Part shown: positions 51,353 to 64,000 of the stretch, one piece after another
How positions within the stretch are numbered: position 1 is the stretch's first letter
Layout: every line of letters starts with the position of its first letter
From: Protoeuglena noctilucae
Taxonomy: Eukaryota
Assembly (NCBI GenBank): GCA_958009085.1
Contig: OY253668.1
Coordinates: 62,001 to 126,000 of the forward strand
Reading direction: 5' to 3'
Length of the DNA: 64,000 nucleotides
The notes under the pieces: generated by a model
The model's input: the letters and a program-made list of their open reading frames with translations, nothing else
Told to the model about the DNA's origin: nothing
Database searches by the model: none
Translations under genes and position numbers: made by a program

Positions 51353-53109
51353 CTCGCTGGCGCCGCCGGAGTGTCACAGTCGCAGGGCGGGGTCAGGGTG
51401 CTGCACGAGTCGCCACGGCGTCCGTTCTGCGGGCAGGGGGCGCGGATCCCGTCCGCAACCACGCATCGCGCCGGGATCGCTCATCGTCGAAATGCTGCGG
51501 CGGGCGATACTGCCCCCGCGGGCCCCGCCGACACGGCAGGGCGGGCGAGGGCACTGGGGGCGCATCGGGCGGCGCGGGGCCCCGCCGGGATGCGACGGGC
51601 ATCCTACGAAATCGGGGGCCCTAGCGATGGCGCAAACGGACCAGGGTCCCGCGCGTCCGGGGCGGGGGTTCCGCCCCGCAGCAAGGGCCCCCAGGGCTGC
51701 AAACGCGAGTCAACCGGGCCGCTCCGGAACCCCGTCCGTCGCAGGACACATGCGGTGCGCCACAAAATGCACGATTTCCCAGAAAGCCGCGGCGGCGGGG
51801 TCGCGGAGGGCGCCGGGAGCCGCCCCAGGGGCCCGCAGTCCCGGGCTCCGGAGAGGGCCCGGCGGGGCTCCCCGGGATCCCGCGATAGCCGCCTTCCGCC
51901 AGAGTCCAGCGGATGTGGAAAGGGCCGCGCGGCATCCGCCCCGAGGACCTCGAGCGGGGCGCCGGAGCGCTGCAGAGTCTCGGGGGGACTCATGGGCCGG
52001 CGATCCTCGGTATATACGCCGCCTGGCCCGCACTCTACGGCCGCCGAAACGGATCCCACCCAACAAGTCGCGTGCGCGCTGCCGCAGGCCCGGGGACGCG
52101 CGGCCCCGCCGGGGCGCCGGGCCTCGCTGCATGTCAACGCCGGGCCCGAAACGCGCGCGGGGGCCACGGGGCATCGCGCCCGCCCCCTCCACCGCAATTA
52201 TAGTGCCGAAAGGCTCGCCCGGTGGCGCGGCCGAGGGGCCCGCGGGTCGCGGCGGGGCAGGCCACGCCCCGAGGCCTCCCCGGCGCGGGGGGCCGTCCCG
52301 TGAGGTCGCCGGCACGCGCACGGCGAGCGGACTAGGCCTCGGAATCGGCGGGAAGGGGCCCGTGGCCCCGCCGGGTGGGGATGCGGCCGGGCCCCGTGGC
52401 CCCAGGGAAACCGTGCAGCCGGGAGGCGCTCCGCCCGGGCGGGGGCTTCTCACCTTGTCGACGGAGCGAGGGGCGGGAGAGGGCGAACGCTCGAGCCCGG
52501 GGCGTGCCTATGGCGGCCGCGCGGCTCGCCAGAGCCCAGTGTCCCCTGCCAGGCGGCGGCGTTTCGACCCTTCCAGGCGGCCTGTGGCGCGGCAGAGGAC
52601 GTCAGCGACCATGAGCGACGTCAGTCGTGCTCGAGCCGCGCGGGCGGTCCGTATCATGGCGCGGCCGGAGCGCGCCACGCGATCTGGAAATTTCCGAGCG
52701 GAGATGCTTTGTGAAGCATCTCCCGTGGTAGCGCCGATGGCAGATAAGAAATCAGCGTCGTTTGCTTCTTAATATCGCATGGAAGGGGCCCCGCGTGGCG
52801 GCCCGTTCCGGTAGAAATGCAAGGAGAGCCAAACTCCGAGCTCCGTAGGGGAAAGAACGAACCCAGTCGCGCGCCATGCCGTACATGTCGGTCACGTCGC
52901 TTTCCAGACGCACAGGCCCGCGCAGTCGAGCCAGTGACTGCTTCTCAACTGGACGTAGCGTCTTTGGGCCTGATATTCTTGGAATTCGACGTGATGCGCT
53001 CGTTTCGCGCGCGTGAAAAGGAAGGTGGATCGCTCACATGGATGGAAGCGGGGGGGATGGAAAGGCCGGCGCAACAGGGACGCGAACGGAGCCAGTGCTG
53101 CGCTACTCG

Positions 53110-56100
53110 CTACCCCAGCACGGAGGCCGAGGCCGCCTCCTTGCGAGGCATGGAGCCCTCCACGTACTGCTGCAGGAAGCTCTTGGCCCGCGCCAGGACG
53201 CGGCCCTTCCGGTCCAGCTCCGCCTGCATCTCGCGCTTCTCCTCCACCAACTCGGCCACGCGGCGCAGCGCCACCGCCAGCTTCTCCTCCCCGTCCGACG
53301 AGTCCCTGCGTTTGGACCGGGGGAGCGTATCACGAAACTGGCCTGGCGCCCATGCAGTCTCCCTCTGCAGTCCTCTACTGTGACTCGCCCCAACCCTGCC
53401 CAGCCTGCCCCTGCTAGGCGCGCACCCCGGCCGCCCCTCGCCCCGCTGCCGCTCACCGGATCTGCGCCACGAACTCCTCCACCACGTTGACCGCCTCCCG
53501 CTCCGCGCGGGCCTGCAGCTGGCCGGCCCGCTCGCGCCAGGACTGCGCCTCGGCCGCAAGGGCCCGGTTCTCCGCCCGCAGCCCTGCCACCTCCGCCTCG
53601 AGGTGAGAGCCGCCGCCCGCGCGCGCCGTCGACCCCTCCCCCCGCACCCTCTCCCACGCGAGCAGCTTCTCCAGTTGCTCGGCGCGCGCTGCAGCTGCCT
53701 CGGCCTCTGCCCGCCGCATGTCCAGCTCCCGCTGCGACCACGGCGGGGCGGATGGCGTTGCCGCGCGGTGCTTGCCAGCGACGCAAGGGCCTCGAATGCC
53801 ACCCAGCAGTCCGAGGCAACAGCAAGGCAACGGCGTTTGTGCCACAGGCGGCGCGGGCGTCCCTCACCCGCACGCTGTCGGCATCCTCCCGTGCCGCGTA
53901 GCTGCTCTCCATGCGCTCTGACGTCGAGATGTACTCGGCGATGGCCTCGGCAGCCGCCTCCGCCACCTGAAAGGATCGAAGGACACGCCGGTGGTTCAGC
54001 AGCCGGGTCCAAGTCGCCAGAACCGAGACTAGACTGGGTCTAAGGCAAGAGACCTTGTCTATCTGATCTCATCTCAAACTCACCTGGAGAAGCTCTTGCG
54101 CCGCCAGCGCCTCCGCCGCCACCTCTTCCCGCAGCGACCGGAGCTCAGCCTCGGACGCAGAGCCGACGGGCGCAGCCACGCCATTCACCCGCGCCGACCC
54201 GTTCATGCCGGGCGCTGGGTAGGAGGCCTGCGGGGGTTCGCAGAGATGCTGTTGAGGCTCACTAAGCTGCCAGATCTTTTTGAATAGAGCTCCACATACT
54301 CGAGGGCTGACCACAGGTGTACGGGCGCTGCATGCGTTGTGCCAAACTGCATGGCCAGGCTCCCCACTCCGCTCACCATGCCGTTCGTCGAGGCGCCATT
54401 GTTGTAGCCGTTGTTGAACCCCCGCTGCACAGCCCTGCGAGGAAAGATTGTCCCAGGGCCAGCGTGACGCGAGCCCCATCCGCGCCCCCAACGCCCTCGC
54501 ACCCAGCGACGCCGCACACGCATCGCCCCGCCGCAGCGCCCCTCGCCTGGCTTCGTCCAGCGCCGCCTTAAGTTCCTTGACCTCCCCCGTCAATCGCTGC
54601 TCTCTCTCCACTGCCTGCTGCTCGCGCCCTTTGGCCTCCTCCAGCATGCCCTCCAGGCGTGCCGACGCTTCCGTTGTCTTCTGAGACTCCTCCTTCACGG
54701 CCGCCAGGTCCACGCGGGCCTTCTCCAGGTCCGCTCCCAGCTCCGCAGACTGCCGCTCCAGCAGCGTACTCTTCAGTTGCGTCTCCTCCACCATGCGCAT
54801 TGCCTCGCGAGCCGCCTGCATGGGGCGGATGGGGGAGCAATGAGGGTGGAGCAGCGCGCGTGCGGGCTGACGGAGGGCGTTTCAGGTCATGTTCGGAAGG
54901 AGTGGCGATGCCTCTGACATTGGTACAGCAGGGACATCGACCTGTGCCGCACCACCACGTGGCGCAGCCGTGCCGCGTGCCCCCCCACTCCCAAGCAGCA
55001 AATCCAGCAATCCTTCACCATGTTCGATATATCACCAACTGTGTCTTATATCATTCACCTCGAGGGCCTTCTCGGCGTCAAGCTGCGACGCCTGTGCTTC
55101 CTTCTTCCACCTCGCGGCGTCCACCTCCCGCAGCGAAACCTCGTTCTTCAGAGACGCAACCTCGTCCGCCAGCGCCGACGCCTCGTCCATCGACTGCGGC
55201 GCAGAAACGAGGGCATCCGTGAATGATGGATTGCGGCGCTGAGAGCTTATGGTCTGCATGGCCCCACGCCCTGCCCTGCATGTGCGCCCCAGCCCATCAT
55301 GCACACAGCTGGAGTGACTCGACCATGCAGGACCTGCCCCAGCAATTCCCACATCACATCCCTTCCCCTCGCCTTCAGCAGCTCCTGGGCCGAGTCCTGC
55401 CCCTCCTCCCGCACCACCCTGCACAGCACGTCCCCGTCCGCCCGCATGCGCGCGATGCGCTCCCTCAGCATCCGCGCCTCCGCCTCCGCCACCTCGCACT
55501 GCCGCTTCGTCTCCTCCAGGTCCTCCCGCAGTCGCTGCTCCTGCCGCTCCAGGCGCCCCACCCGGTCCTTCAGCCCCGCTAGCTTCGCCACCGCCTGCGC
55601 CCGTGCCAGCTCCTCCCTCGTCTCCTCCAGCGCCGCCTGCGCGGCGCTCGCCGACGCCCGCGCCTCCCCCAGAGAAGTCTCCAAGTCTTGCACCCGCGCC
55701 TCCAGCTTTGCTTGGACTGCCTGGGCCTCGGTCGTGCGGCGCTCCCACAGCGCCGCGCTCCGCCGCGCCTCGGCCGCCTCGCGCACCGCCTCCTCCATCG
55801 CCCGCCGCGCCTCCGCGGCGTCCCGCTGCGCCCGGTCCTGCGCCGACCGGCTGTCCGCCGCCTCCACCTCGAGCCTTGCCTGCGCCTGTCGCGCTTCGAA
55901 CGCCTCCCGCTCTGCGCGTGCCAGGGCCATCCGCGCCACCTGCACCTCCCGCGGCACGGCCTGCGACGACGCCGAAGCCTCCGCAGCCTCCGCGCCCTCC
56001 TCCTCTCCCTCCTCCTCTCCCTCCTCCTCCCACTCCTCGTCCCTCGCGCCATCGTCAGCACCCTCCTCCACCTCGTCGCCCTCTGCGTACGCCACCCCCT

Positions 56101-58400
56101 CGCTCTCCTCCTCCTCCTCCCCCGCAGCGGCCGCCACCATCGCCTCCGCCCCCGCTAACGCCTCCTGGGCCTCCTGGAGCTCTCTCCGCAGCCCGGCGGC
56201 TTCCGACACCGCCGCGTCGCGCTGGCGCTCGGCCTCCGCCAGGGCCACCCGCAGCCGCTTCGTCTCCTCCTCCGCCCGCCGCGACGAGCGCTGCCGGGCC
56301 TTGCCCCGCCGCCGCCGCCCCTCGGACGTCCCGTCCGCTTCTTCCTCGTCCCCCGAGGCGTCGTCCAGCGCCCGTGCCCTCGCCACCTCCTCCGCCTGCC
56401 GCAGCGCCTCCTCCAGGTCCTGCGCCCGCGCCACCGACTCCGAAGCCGCGCGCTCCGCCGCCGCCGCGCGCGCCCGCGCCGCCTCCACCTCCGCCTGTGC
56501 TTGGGCCAGCGCCTCGCCCCCGTCCCCGGTCGCCCGCCGCTCCGCCTCCTCCAGCCGCCCCCGCGCCTCCTCGAGGGCGGTTGCCGCCTCCTTCGCCCGC
56601 TCCTCCGCCGTCGCGGCGTCCCGCTCGGCGCCCTCCGCGCGCGCCCTCGCTTCCTCCGCCTGTTGCTCCAGCGACGCGGCCAGCTCCTCGGCACGCGCCG
56701 CCGCCTCCTCCGCCGCTCGCGCGCGCGCCTCCACGGCGCTCAGTCGCCCCCGTAGCGCCCGGGACTCCCCCCCGTCCTCCTCCTCCCCGTCAGAGTTGGG
56801 CGTCTCGCCCCCCATTACCCGCAGCTGCCCCTCCATCCACCCCAGACACTTCTCAATCGAGTCCAGGTCCGCGCCCCGCAGACCCACCGTCGTGCTGTCC
56901 AGCGCCTCCTGCGGTCGCGACCACGGATACCGCCCTGCTGCGTCTGCTGCGCCACGCCCCAGTCGCCGTGTCATGCATACGTGCCCCAACGCTGTGGCCC
57001 CAGTCCGCAGCCTCGAGCTCACCTTCAGCTCTGCCAGCTCGCGCACGGCTTCCTCCGCGACGCCCCGGAGGCCCTCAGTGACGGAGAGCGCGCGGTCCAG
57101 CGACGCGAGGCGGACCGATAGGTCGCGGACGCGAGGGTCGGGGGCCGGCGCCGACTCCTGCGGGCGCAAGACCGCTCGAGCAGCGCGTGAGTTGAGCATA
57201 TCAATAAGCACTCGCGATCGTGCGCCTCGACGCGCGGCATCGCAGCTGCGCAAGCCGGTGCGCACCTGGGCGGGTGCGGAGCTGGTGTCGGTCTCGGTCT
57301 CCGCGCTGCTCTGCGCCAACAGCTCGGCGACCAGCTTTTCCATCTCCGGAGCCATCGCGGGCGCCTTCTTGGGCTTTCCCCTGCCCCCGAAACCCTTCCC
57401 GGCCTTGAGGGTGCGGCCCACTTGGTTCGCCGTGGCGCGGAGCGTGCGCAGCTCGGCCTGGACCCTGCGCGCGGGGCGGAGGCGTCGCGTGAGGTCGGAC
57501 ACGACGAACGGATATGATCGCGACGCGCGATGGGCCCGCGCTTGGGCGGTGACGCGCGCGCGCGCGCACCGGTCTCGCTCGGCCGTCACGGCCTCGAGGC
57601 GCGCCCGCACGACGTCCTCGCCCTCCCCCGCGGCGCCGTCCTCGGCGGCATCGCCTCCGATGACCTCCAAACGGCTCCGTAGCTCCCCCACCTCGGCGCT
57701 GAGCGCCTGCGCCTCTCGCTTCTTGTCCGCAAGCCGCTCCTCTAGGTCACGCAGGACCGCGGCAGCGTCCTTCTCGCGGACGGAGCCCCCGCTGCGGCCG
57801 AGACGTGGGAAAAGACATGAAGCACGCCGTACGCCCGCGTAGAGCCGCGCGTCGCGGCGGTGGGCGGCGCTCTGGGGACGCACCTGCCGCCGCGCCCCAC
57901 GCCCTCCCGAAACCGCGACAGGACGCGAATCCAGTCCGCAATCGTCTTCTCCTCGTGCGATGATACCTGGACCGACCGACTCGCGCGGGCGATAGCCGAG
58001 CGACGGGCCTCCTGGGCCCACGCCGCTAGGCCTGTGTAATGGGAGGAAGCGCACACGTTTGAGCTCGCGCGCGCGAGGTGGCCCGCGGGGGGCGTGGCCG
58101 ACGGTCACGTATTCACGCATTGACGAGACTGAGACCTCGAACGAGGCCGTTGGGGCCCAGCGGGCTGCGCACGCCTCGGCAGGTTCAGATGATGACAGAC
58201 GCGGGGCCACGGAGGGCCTTAGCGCCGCGTGCCCCGTCACTTCGCCTCCGCAGACTCGCCCGCAGGCTCACCTGGTGCTCGACCGTCAAACGACAGGGAT
58301 TTCCCGCCGCGAGCCTGCGCCAGCGGAGAGCGGGGCTGAGCGCGCGCGAGGACGTCCCGCGGGCGACATGTTTGCCGATCGTATCTGCCGCTCTCGTCAT
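53110..58400 (-). CDS. Large multi-exon coiled-coil protein (both ends uncertain; possible organellar transit peptide)
   Basis: Long A/E/R-rich heptad-like ORF (55247-58240) plus downstream exons (AAREAMRMVEETQLKSTLLERQ..., EKLAVALRRVAELVEEKREMQAEL). Confidence 0.65.
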
Positions 58401-58695
58401 TCTGCAACCGGATTCGCCGCAAGAGCACGTCGACAGGGCGATGGATAGCCCCGCTGGAAAGGGGGGGATGCGTCGCCATGGCCGCGCCCTGGGGTTACGC
58501 TGCGGGCCTAGCGACCATCGCTGTTTTTCGAAAACACGAGTCGTGCGTCCCCACGACGCAGGAATGCTTCACAGCTGGGGCTTGACCCGGGCCGTCAGTA
58601 AACGCCAGAAGGGAGATTCGGGGCGACATCAGCGTCCCCGCCGCGCCCCCGCGCCACCAGAGCCCGGCGCGGCAGGCGATCCTTTGCTGGCGGCC

Positions 58696-61371
58696 ATGTC
58701 CCTCTTCGCAGCGCGCGGCGCTTGCGCCCCCTGCGCCTCCGGGCGCGACTCGGCGGGGACCCGGTCGACGCGCCACCCCCAGGCCCGCCCGGTGCGCGGG
58801 CGCAGCACGCGCGCGATGGCGCAGACGCAAGTGAAGGTGGCGACCGACCTCAGTGCCTCGACGGCCAAGCAGGCGCTCGCTCACCTGCAAAACATCTCGG
58901 GATCCGGAAGCAGTGAGTCGGGGGGTCGGTGTGCCGAGGCGGGGCGCGCTCCCCGCCTCCTGCGCGTCGCGATGGTCGGGATAACGATTGCTCTTTCTGC
59001 TGGACGCGCGGGGGGAGGGGTCCCGGCGGATTTTGCCACCAAATCGCGCGGCTTTTATCTCGGCCCCCTTGCACCCCGCGGCCGGCGCCTTCCGCGGCCC
59101 AGAGCACGCCCCAGCGTTCGCGTCCCTTATTGCGAACGCGTGCGCGTGGGCTCCGCCACTGCGCGCCCCGGCCCGGGGCCCTCCCGGGAGGGAGGGGGTC
59201 TCGCGGTGCCCGTGCGCGCTCCCCTGGCCCCGGGGCAAGGTTCCGTGGCAATTACGCCGCGTTAGAAAGCGATCGATCTCTCTCTCTCCCCCTTCCCGGC
59301 CCCGGGACGCGCCCCGTCGCGCTCTGCACTTGGGTCGACCTCCCTGGGCCGATTCCGGGGCGCGGGGAGCTTGACCCGGCCATCCTGCGCCCGTAGCGCA
59401 TTTCATTTGCCGCGAATTGCCCCTTCTCGCCCTTTCCTTGCGCTCTGGGGCCCCGAGCGCGTCGGAGCTCCCGGCCCGAGTTCTCGCGATCCGCGCTTTT
59501 TCGCCCGCGAGGGTGCGCGAGGGGTCGCCCGTCGCGTCCCATCCCTTTCTCGCTGTCGCCTGTGCGGCCTGGGGGCGCACAGGGCCGGGCGACAGGGCGC
59601 GGATCGCTTGCCGTGGTAGAGACCAGGTTCTAGCCCCCACCCGCGCTGGAGCTCGGCGAGCGCCGTGCCCGGCGACGTTTCCCCCCTCCCTCGCTCGCTG
59701 TGATCGCTAGCTAGCCTCTGGCGCGGGGCGGGGCTCGGCGAGCGACTGGGGGCACCCCTGGTCCCGGTCTCGAGTGCGCCGCCTCCTGCAGGGTACCTGA
59801 ACGCGGACAAGCAGAAGTGCATCATCTCCATCGGCCTGACGATCCACTCGTGCCCCGTGGAGGTCCGGGAGAAGATGGCGGTCCCGGAGGCGAGCGGCGC
59901 GCGGCGTCTTACCTCATGCGGCCGGGCAACCCTGTCGCGCCTCCCCTCACCCCGCCCCGCGCGCCCCCGCAGGCCGAGTGGCCGCGCGCGATCGCGGAGC
60001 TCACGTCCTTCCCGCACATCGAGGAGGCGGCGGTGCTCTCGACGTGCAACCGTATGGAGGTCTACGTGGTGGCGCGTGCGTTCCACTCGGGTGTACGCGA
60101 GGTAGAGGAATGGATGAGCGCCACGTCGGGCATCGCCCTCGAGGAGCTCAGGTGCGACGCCGCCCGATCGACCGCGTGTCGGCCGACGGTCCCGCGAAGT
60201 CGCCATGTACAAGCGGCGATGGCTGTGCAGTTCAGAGTGCCTGCTCTGCCCCCCTCACGGCCACCACCTCACACCCTCCCCCCGCAGGCCGTACCTCTTC
60301 CTGCTACGCGACTCGGACGCGACGGCGCACCTGCTGCGCGTGGCGGCGGGCCTCGACTCGCTGGTGATGGGCGAGGGGCAGATCCTGGCCCAGGTTAAGG
60401 CCGTATACCTGTCCGGCCAGGACAGCACCGGGTTCGGGCGCCACCTCAACGGCCTCTTCAAGCAGGCCATCACGGCGGGCAAGCGCGTGCGCGCCGAGAC
60501 GTCCATCTCGACCGGCAGCGTGTCGGTGTCGTCGGCCGCGGCCGAGCTGGTGCAGCTCAAGCTCCCCACGCACATCTTTGACGACGCGCGCGTGTGCATC
60601 ATCGGCGCTGGCAAGATGGCCAAGCTCCTCGTCAAGCACCTCGCCTCCAAGGGCTGCAAGCGCCTGACGATCGTCAACCGCTCCCTCCCCCGGGCCGAGG
60701 CGCTCCGCGACGAGTTCCCCGAGGTCCACATGGACCTGCGCCTCACGCCCGACCTCATGGCGTGCTGCGCCGAGTCGGACGTCATCTTCGCGGCTTCCGG
60801 GTCCGAGGAGATCCTCGTGCACGCCGAGGACGCGGCCAAGCTCCCCCGGTGCCCCGCGGTGGTGGGCGGCGTGCGGCGGTGGGTGGACATCTCCGTGCCG
60901 CGCAACATCGCCCGCGAGGTGGGGGCGGTCGAGGGCGAGAAGGTCTTCAACGTCGACGACCTGAAGGAGGTGGTGGCGGCCAACAAGGAGGCGCGGGCGC
61001 AGGCGGCGGCCGAGGCCGAGGTGCTCCTGCGGGAGGAGCAGCGTGCGTTTGAGGGGTGGTGGGACTCGCTGGAGACGGTGCCGACGATCAAAGCGCTGCG
61101 GACCAAGGCGGAGGACATCCGCGTGGCCGCGCTCGAGCAGGCCATGCGCCACCTGGGCGACGGCCTGACCAAGAAGCAGCAGAAGGCCGTTGAGGAGCTC
61201 TCGCGCGGCATCGTCAACAAGCTCCTGCACGGGCCCATGGCGGCGCTGCGCTCGGACGGCGCCGACGCGGCCCAGGTCGCCCAGACGCTCCAGAACATGG
61301 AGGCGCTCGACCGCATGTTCGGCCTGGCCGAGATCAAGGCGCGCGACGCCATGGCCAAGGCGCGCAACTGA
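58696..61371 (+). CDS. hemA: Glutamyl-tRNA reductase, chloroplast precursor; exons 58696-58912, 59792-59889, 59973-60151, 60288-61371
   Basis: [27 protein letters not shown], catalytic [67 protein letters not shown]. Confidence 0.97.
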
Positions 61372-61990
61372 GACGAGGCGCGCGAGTGAGCCGGCCGGGC
61401 CATCGCCGCGGAGCGGTGTCAGGCGTCCGCAGTGCGCCGGCTGCTGCGGGGCGGGAGGCGCCTCGGGGTGCGTGGCCGACTTGTGCGGTGGTCCGCGGGG
61501 CGATGCGCAGTGCCCCTTGCTAGCCCGGGCCTGGGATCCCATCGTCTGTTGCCCCCGGCCCCGCTCTGCCCGAAGCGTGATCGCGGGCTATGACTCCTAG
61601 ACACCCTTGCTTGCCTTTGCTTTTGCTTTTCTCCACCCTATTTCCTTTCCACGGCCTCGCTTCACGCCAAGACTTCTAGTCGGAGCCCTCGCTGGTTTTT
61701 GAAGGCTCTCTTGACTCTTGGCTCAGTGGCAACGGGAACAACAGTCACGGAACAGTTGAGGGATGCGGGAGGGGCAAACACGGCTGGGGCATGTAATCCG
61801 CATGCCCTGCGCGAGTCAGACTCGATTGGCCACCATCAAATCCATCAACGCACACACGGACGGGGGATGCAGAGGCTAACCGTGCATCGACCGCATGACC
61901 GCTCCCGTGTTTGCGCTCTCGTCCCCGCAAGCACAGCATGGCGGTGGCCAACATCACAGTCTGTCCCATCCAGCTTGACGATGAGCCTCG

Positions 61991-64000
61991 TCACAGCTTG
62001 ATGGTGGCGAGCGTGGGCCGCGTGCTGGTGCCGAACCGCGTCCCCTCCTCCGCCTTGTAGCGCACCTTGGCCGTGTCCATCAGGTGCACGTCTGCGAGGG
62101 AGATGGTGATGGTGTGGTGACAGCTGGTGACAGCTAAGTGACCAGGGTCCATTGAGTGCAATTAAGAGGCAGCAGTGACAGATATGTTGGACTGAGCAGT
62201 GCCCATCAAATGCACGTCTGCGGGGGAGATGACACCATGACATCGCGCACCCTCGTTGCCCCAACCCCACCCCTCATCACCACCCCTCATCAACCCCACC
62301 CCACACGACATCTACTACCCCTCATCACCACCCCATCCTAACAACCCTCACCGTACGACCCCGGCCCCGGCACCGGCCCAGGGTCCGCCAGGTTCTGGAA
62401 GGCGCGCCCCATGTACACGCCCTTGTCGCGCGCGCCAAACCCGAACGTGCTGCGGGGACGGCTGGGGTCCTTCCCGCCCTTCGGGCCCAGCGTGCTCGGC
62501 TGCGGGGGGCGAGGGGAGACCCTGGGTGATGTCAGGGGTGACGAGAGGGAGTTGACCAGAGTTGACCAGGCAACACGTTTGCAGCTTAGGTGCGAAGCAT
62601 CAATGCGGGCAGGTCGGTGCCGGTGCTTTGCTCTCATGACTGCCAGTACTGCTCTCCTGCCAGCAAGGTTGCTGATCTGAACAGCCCCATTCGCCTTGCC
62701 CCAGTCCTTGCGCCCCTCACCTTGCCTCGTTGCTCACACACAGCCCCCCTCACCTTGCCTCGCTACTCATGCCCATCCCCCTTCACCTCGCCTTGTTGCA
62801 TATGCCCATCCCCCCTCACCTTGCTCAGGTCCCCCGGCTTGTACTTGGGTCCCGGGGAGTGCATCCCACGCTTCTCGGACAGAGCGTGGCCGGGCGACAG
62901 GTACTGGACAATGGTGCGGGTCTGCGGGTGAGAGAGAGGAGGTGAGTTGTGTCAGGTACTGCACAATTGTGCGGGTCTGCGGGGTCAAGGTGGGAGGAGG
63001 TGACATATGTGAAGTATTGGACTGTGGTGCGGGTCTGCGGGGTGAGTGGGGGAGGCGACATGTGCCAGATGAGGCAAGGGCGGCAGGGCGCCAGTCTGTG
63101 ATATGGGGTGGCGGGGTGTGCAGAACGCAGCTCATCGCCACCTAACACCCACCCATGCCCCTTGCCTTCACCCCCATGCTTACTACCACCATCACCCACC
63201 ATGCTCTCTACCACCCTCACCCACCACCACCCATCCACCACCCCTCACCTTCACCCCCATGCTCGCCCCCTTCACCATCGCCCGCGCCCTCCTCGCCGCC
63301 GCCTCATCCCCCGGCGACAGCGGCCGCCCCCTTGACGACCCCGTCCTGCCCAATTCAGACCCCATCGATGCTCCGAAAGACTCCGGGGACGATAGGGAAG
63401 GGTAGTTGGCGCCCGGTCCGGGGCTGGGGGTGGGGTGCACGAAGGAGAGGCGGTCCTTACAGTAACCGAACGTGCCGATCCGCTTCTGCGGGAGATGGGG
63501 GAGGAGGGTACAGATATGTGAGATCCGGTGCTCTTGTGCAAGTGAGGGGGAGAGAGAGAGAGGAGGGTTGACATTAGAGTTTTGGTGCTTTCATGCAGGT
63601 GAGGTGACTCATAAACATGTCGACAAGCAGACAAAACAGACATGTGCACCATCACTGTCATGACCGCGACCATCGCCAGGCAGACATACAGACGTATACA
63701 CAGTCAATGTAATTAATACCAAGTCACCAACCCACCCCCTCCACTCGCCTGCGTGGGGCTCTGTGCCCGCACGGGGGAGGGCGCCCGCACGGTGGTGGGG
63801 ATGCGGTAGTGGTTGGGGCCGGGGGCGTCGGGGTCTACTTTGGCCTCGCGGGGGTTGCGGAACTGGGGAGATGAGAGAGAGGGGCTATGTTTGTATAGCT
63901 ATGGGGTGATAGATCTGCAGAGAGAGGGAGGGAGGGGTCCACCCTGGCCTCGCGGGGGTTGCGGAACTGCAAAGGGAGGGAGGGAGGGAGGGGTGTGTGG
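61991..64000 (-). CDS. ODF3/SHIPPO-like sperm-tail PG-rich repeat (flagellar) protein; 5'-partial
   Basis: Repeated PGP-x-x-Y motifs (APGPNHY, PGPGANY, SPGPKY, PGPGSY) with FG-x-x-x-R motifs (FGFGAR, FGTSTR). Confidence 0.7.
62690..62832 (-). repeat. About 32-bp minisatellite made of the donor junction GCAAG|GTGAGGGGG
   Basis: Four CCCCTCACCTTGC-like units on the plus strand; the last is the inferred donor. Confidence 0.8.
62901..63068 (-). repeat. Three ~56-bp tandem copies of an acceptor junction
   Basis: Units GTA.TG.AC...GTGCGGGTCTGCGGG begin at 62901, 62956 and 63014. Confidence 0.85.

Noticed and set aside
50726..52772. ORFs of about 500 aa in a very GC-rich stretch
   Set aside because: Arg/Gly/Pro-biased translations with no domain or splice support; likely intergenic or promoter sequence.
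55299..57842. Long plus-strand Ser/Ala/Arg ORF and many similar long ORFs (e.g. 60255-61403, 12503-13126)
   Set aside because: These are antisense or off-frame shadows of GC-rich coding sequence that is poor in stop codons.
1..64000. Alternative genetic code (TAA/TAG = Gln, as in some ulvophytes)
   Set aside because: TAG ends the WDR48-like, METTL22-like and SDA1 genes at expected positions, and conserved exons have no in-frame TAR codons.

Overview
This is very GC-rich, intron-containing eukaryotic nuclear DNA. Nuclear-encoded plastid genes (psb27, hemA, a DUF1995 protein) and a flagellar PG-repeat gene point to a flagellate green alga using the standard genetic code. About 18 densely packed multi-exon genes can be reconstructed by eye: a WDR48-like 3' end, two right-handed beta-helix paralogs, a SET-domain methyltransferase, a membrane protein with a beta-barrel-like C-terminus, a giant DCD + ~10 zinc-finger protein, eIF3d, METTL22-like, SDA1, several orphans, a mucin-like type I membrane protein, Psb27, DUF1995, a large coiled-coil protein, HemA and an ODF3/SHIPPO-like 3' end. 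There are two 200-N gaps. The most unusual signal is intron architecture. About 11 introns use a non-canonical GC donor, always GCGAG. Many introns and 3' UTRs carry tandem copies of their own exon-intron junction or CDS end. Many introns are polarised, G/T-rich at the 5' end and C/A-rich at the 3' end, so they could fold back on themselves. No CRISPR array, rRNA, convincing tRNA or recognisable transposase was found. All family assignments come from remembered motifs, not database searches.
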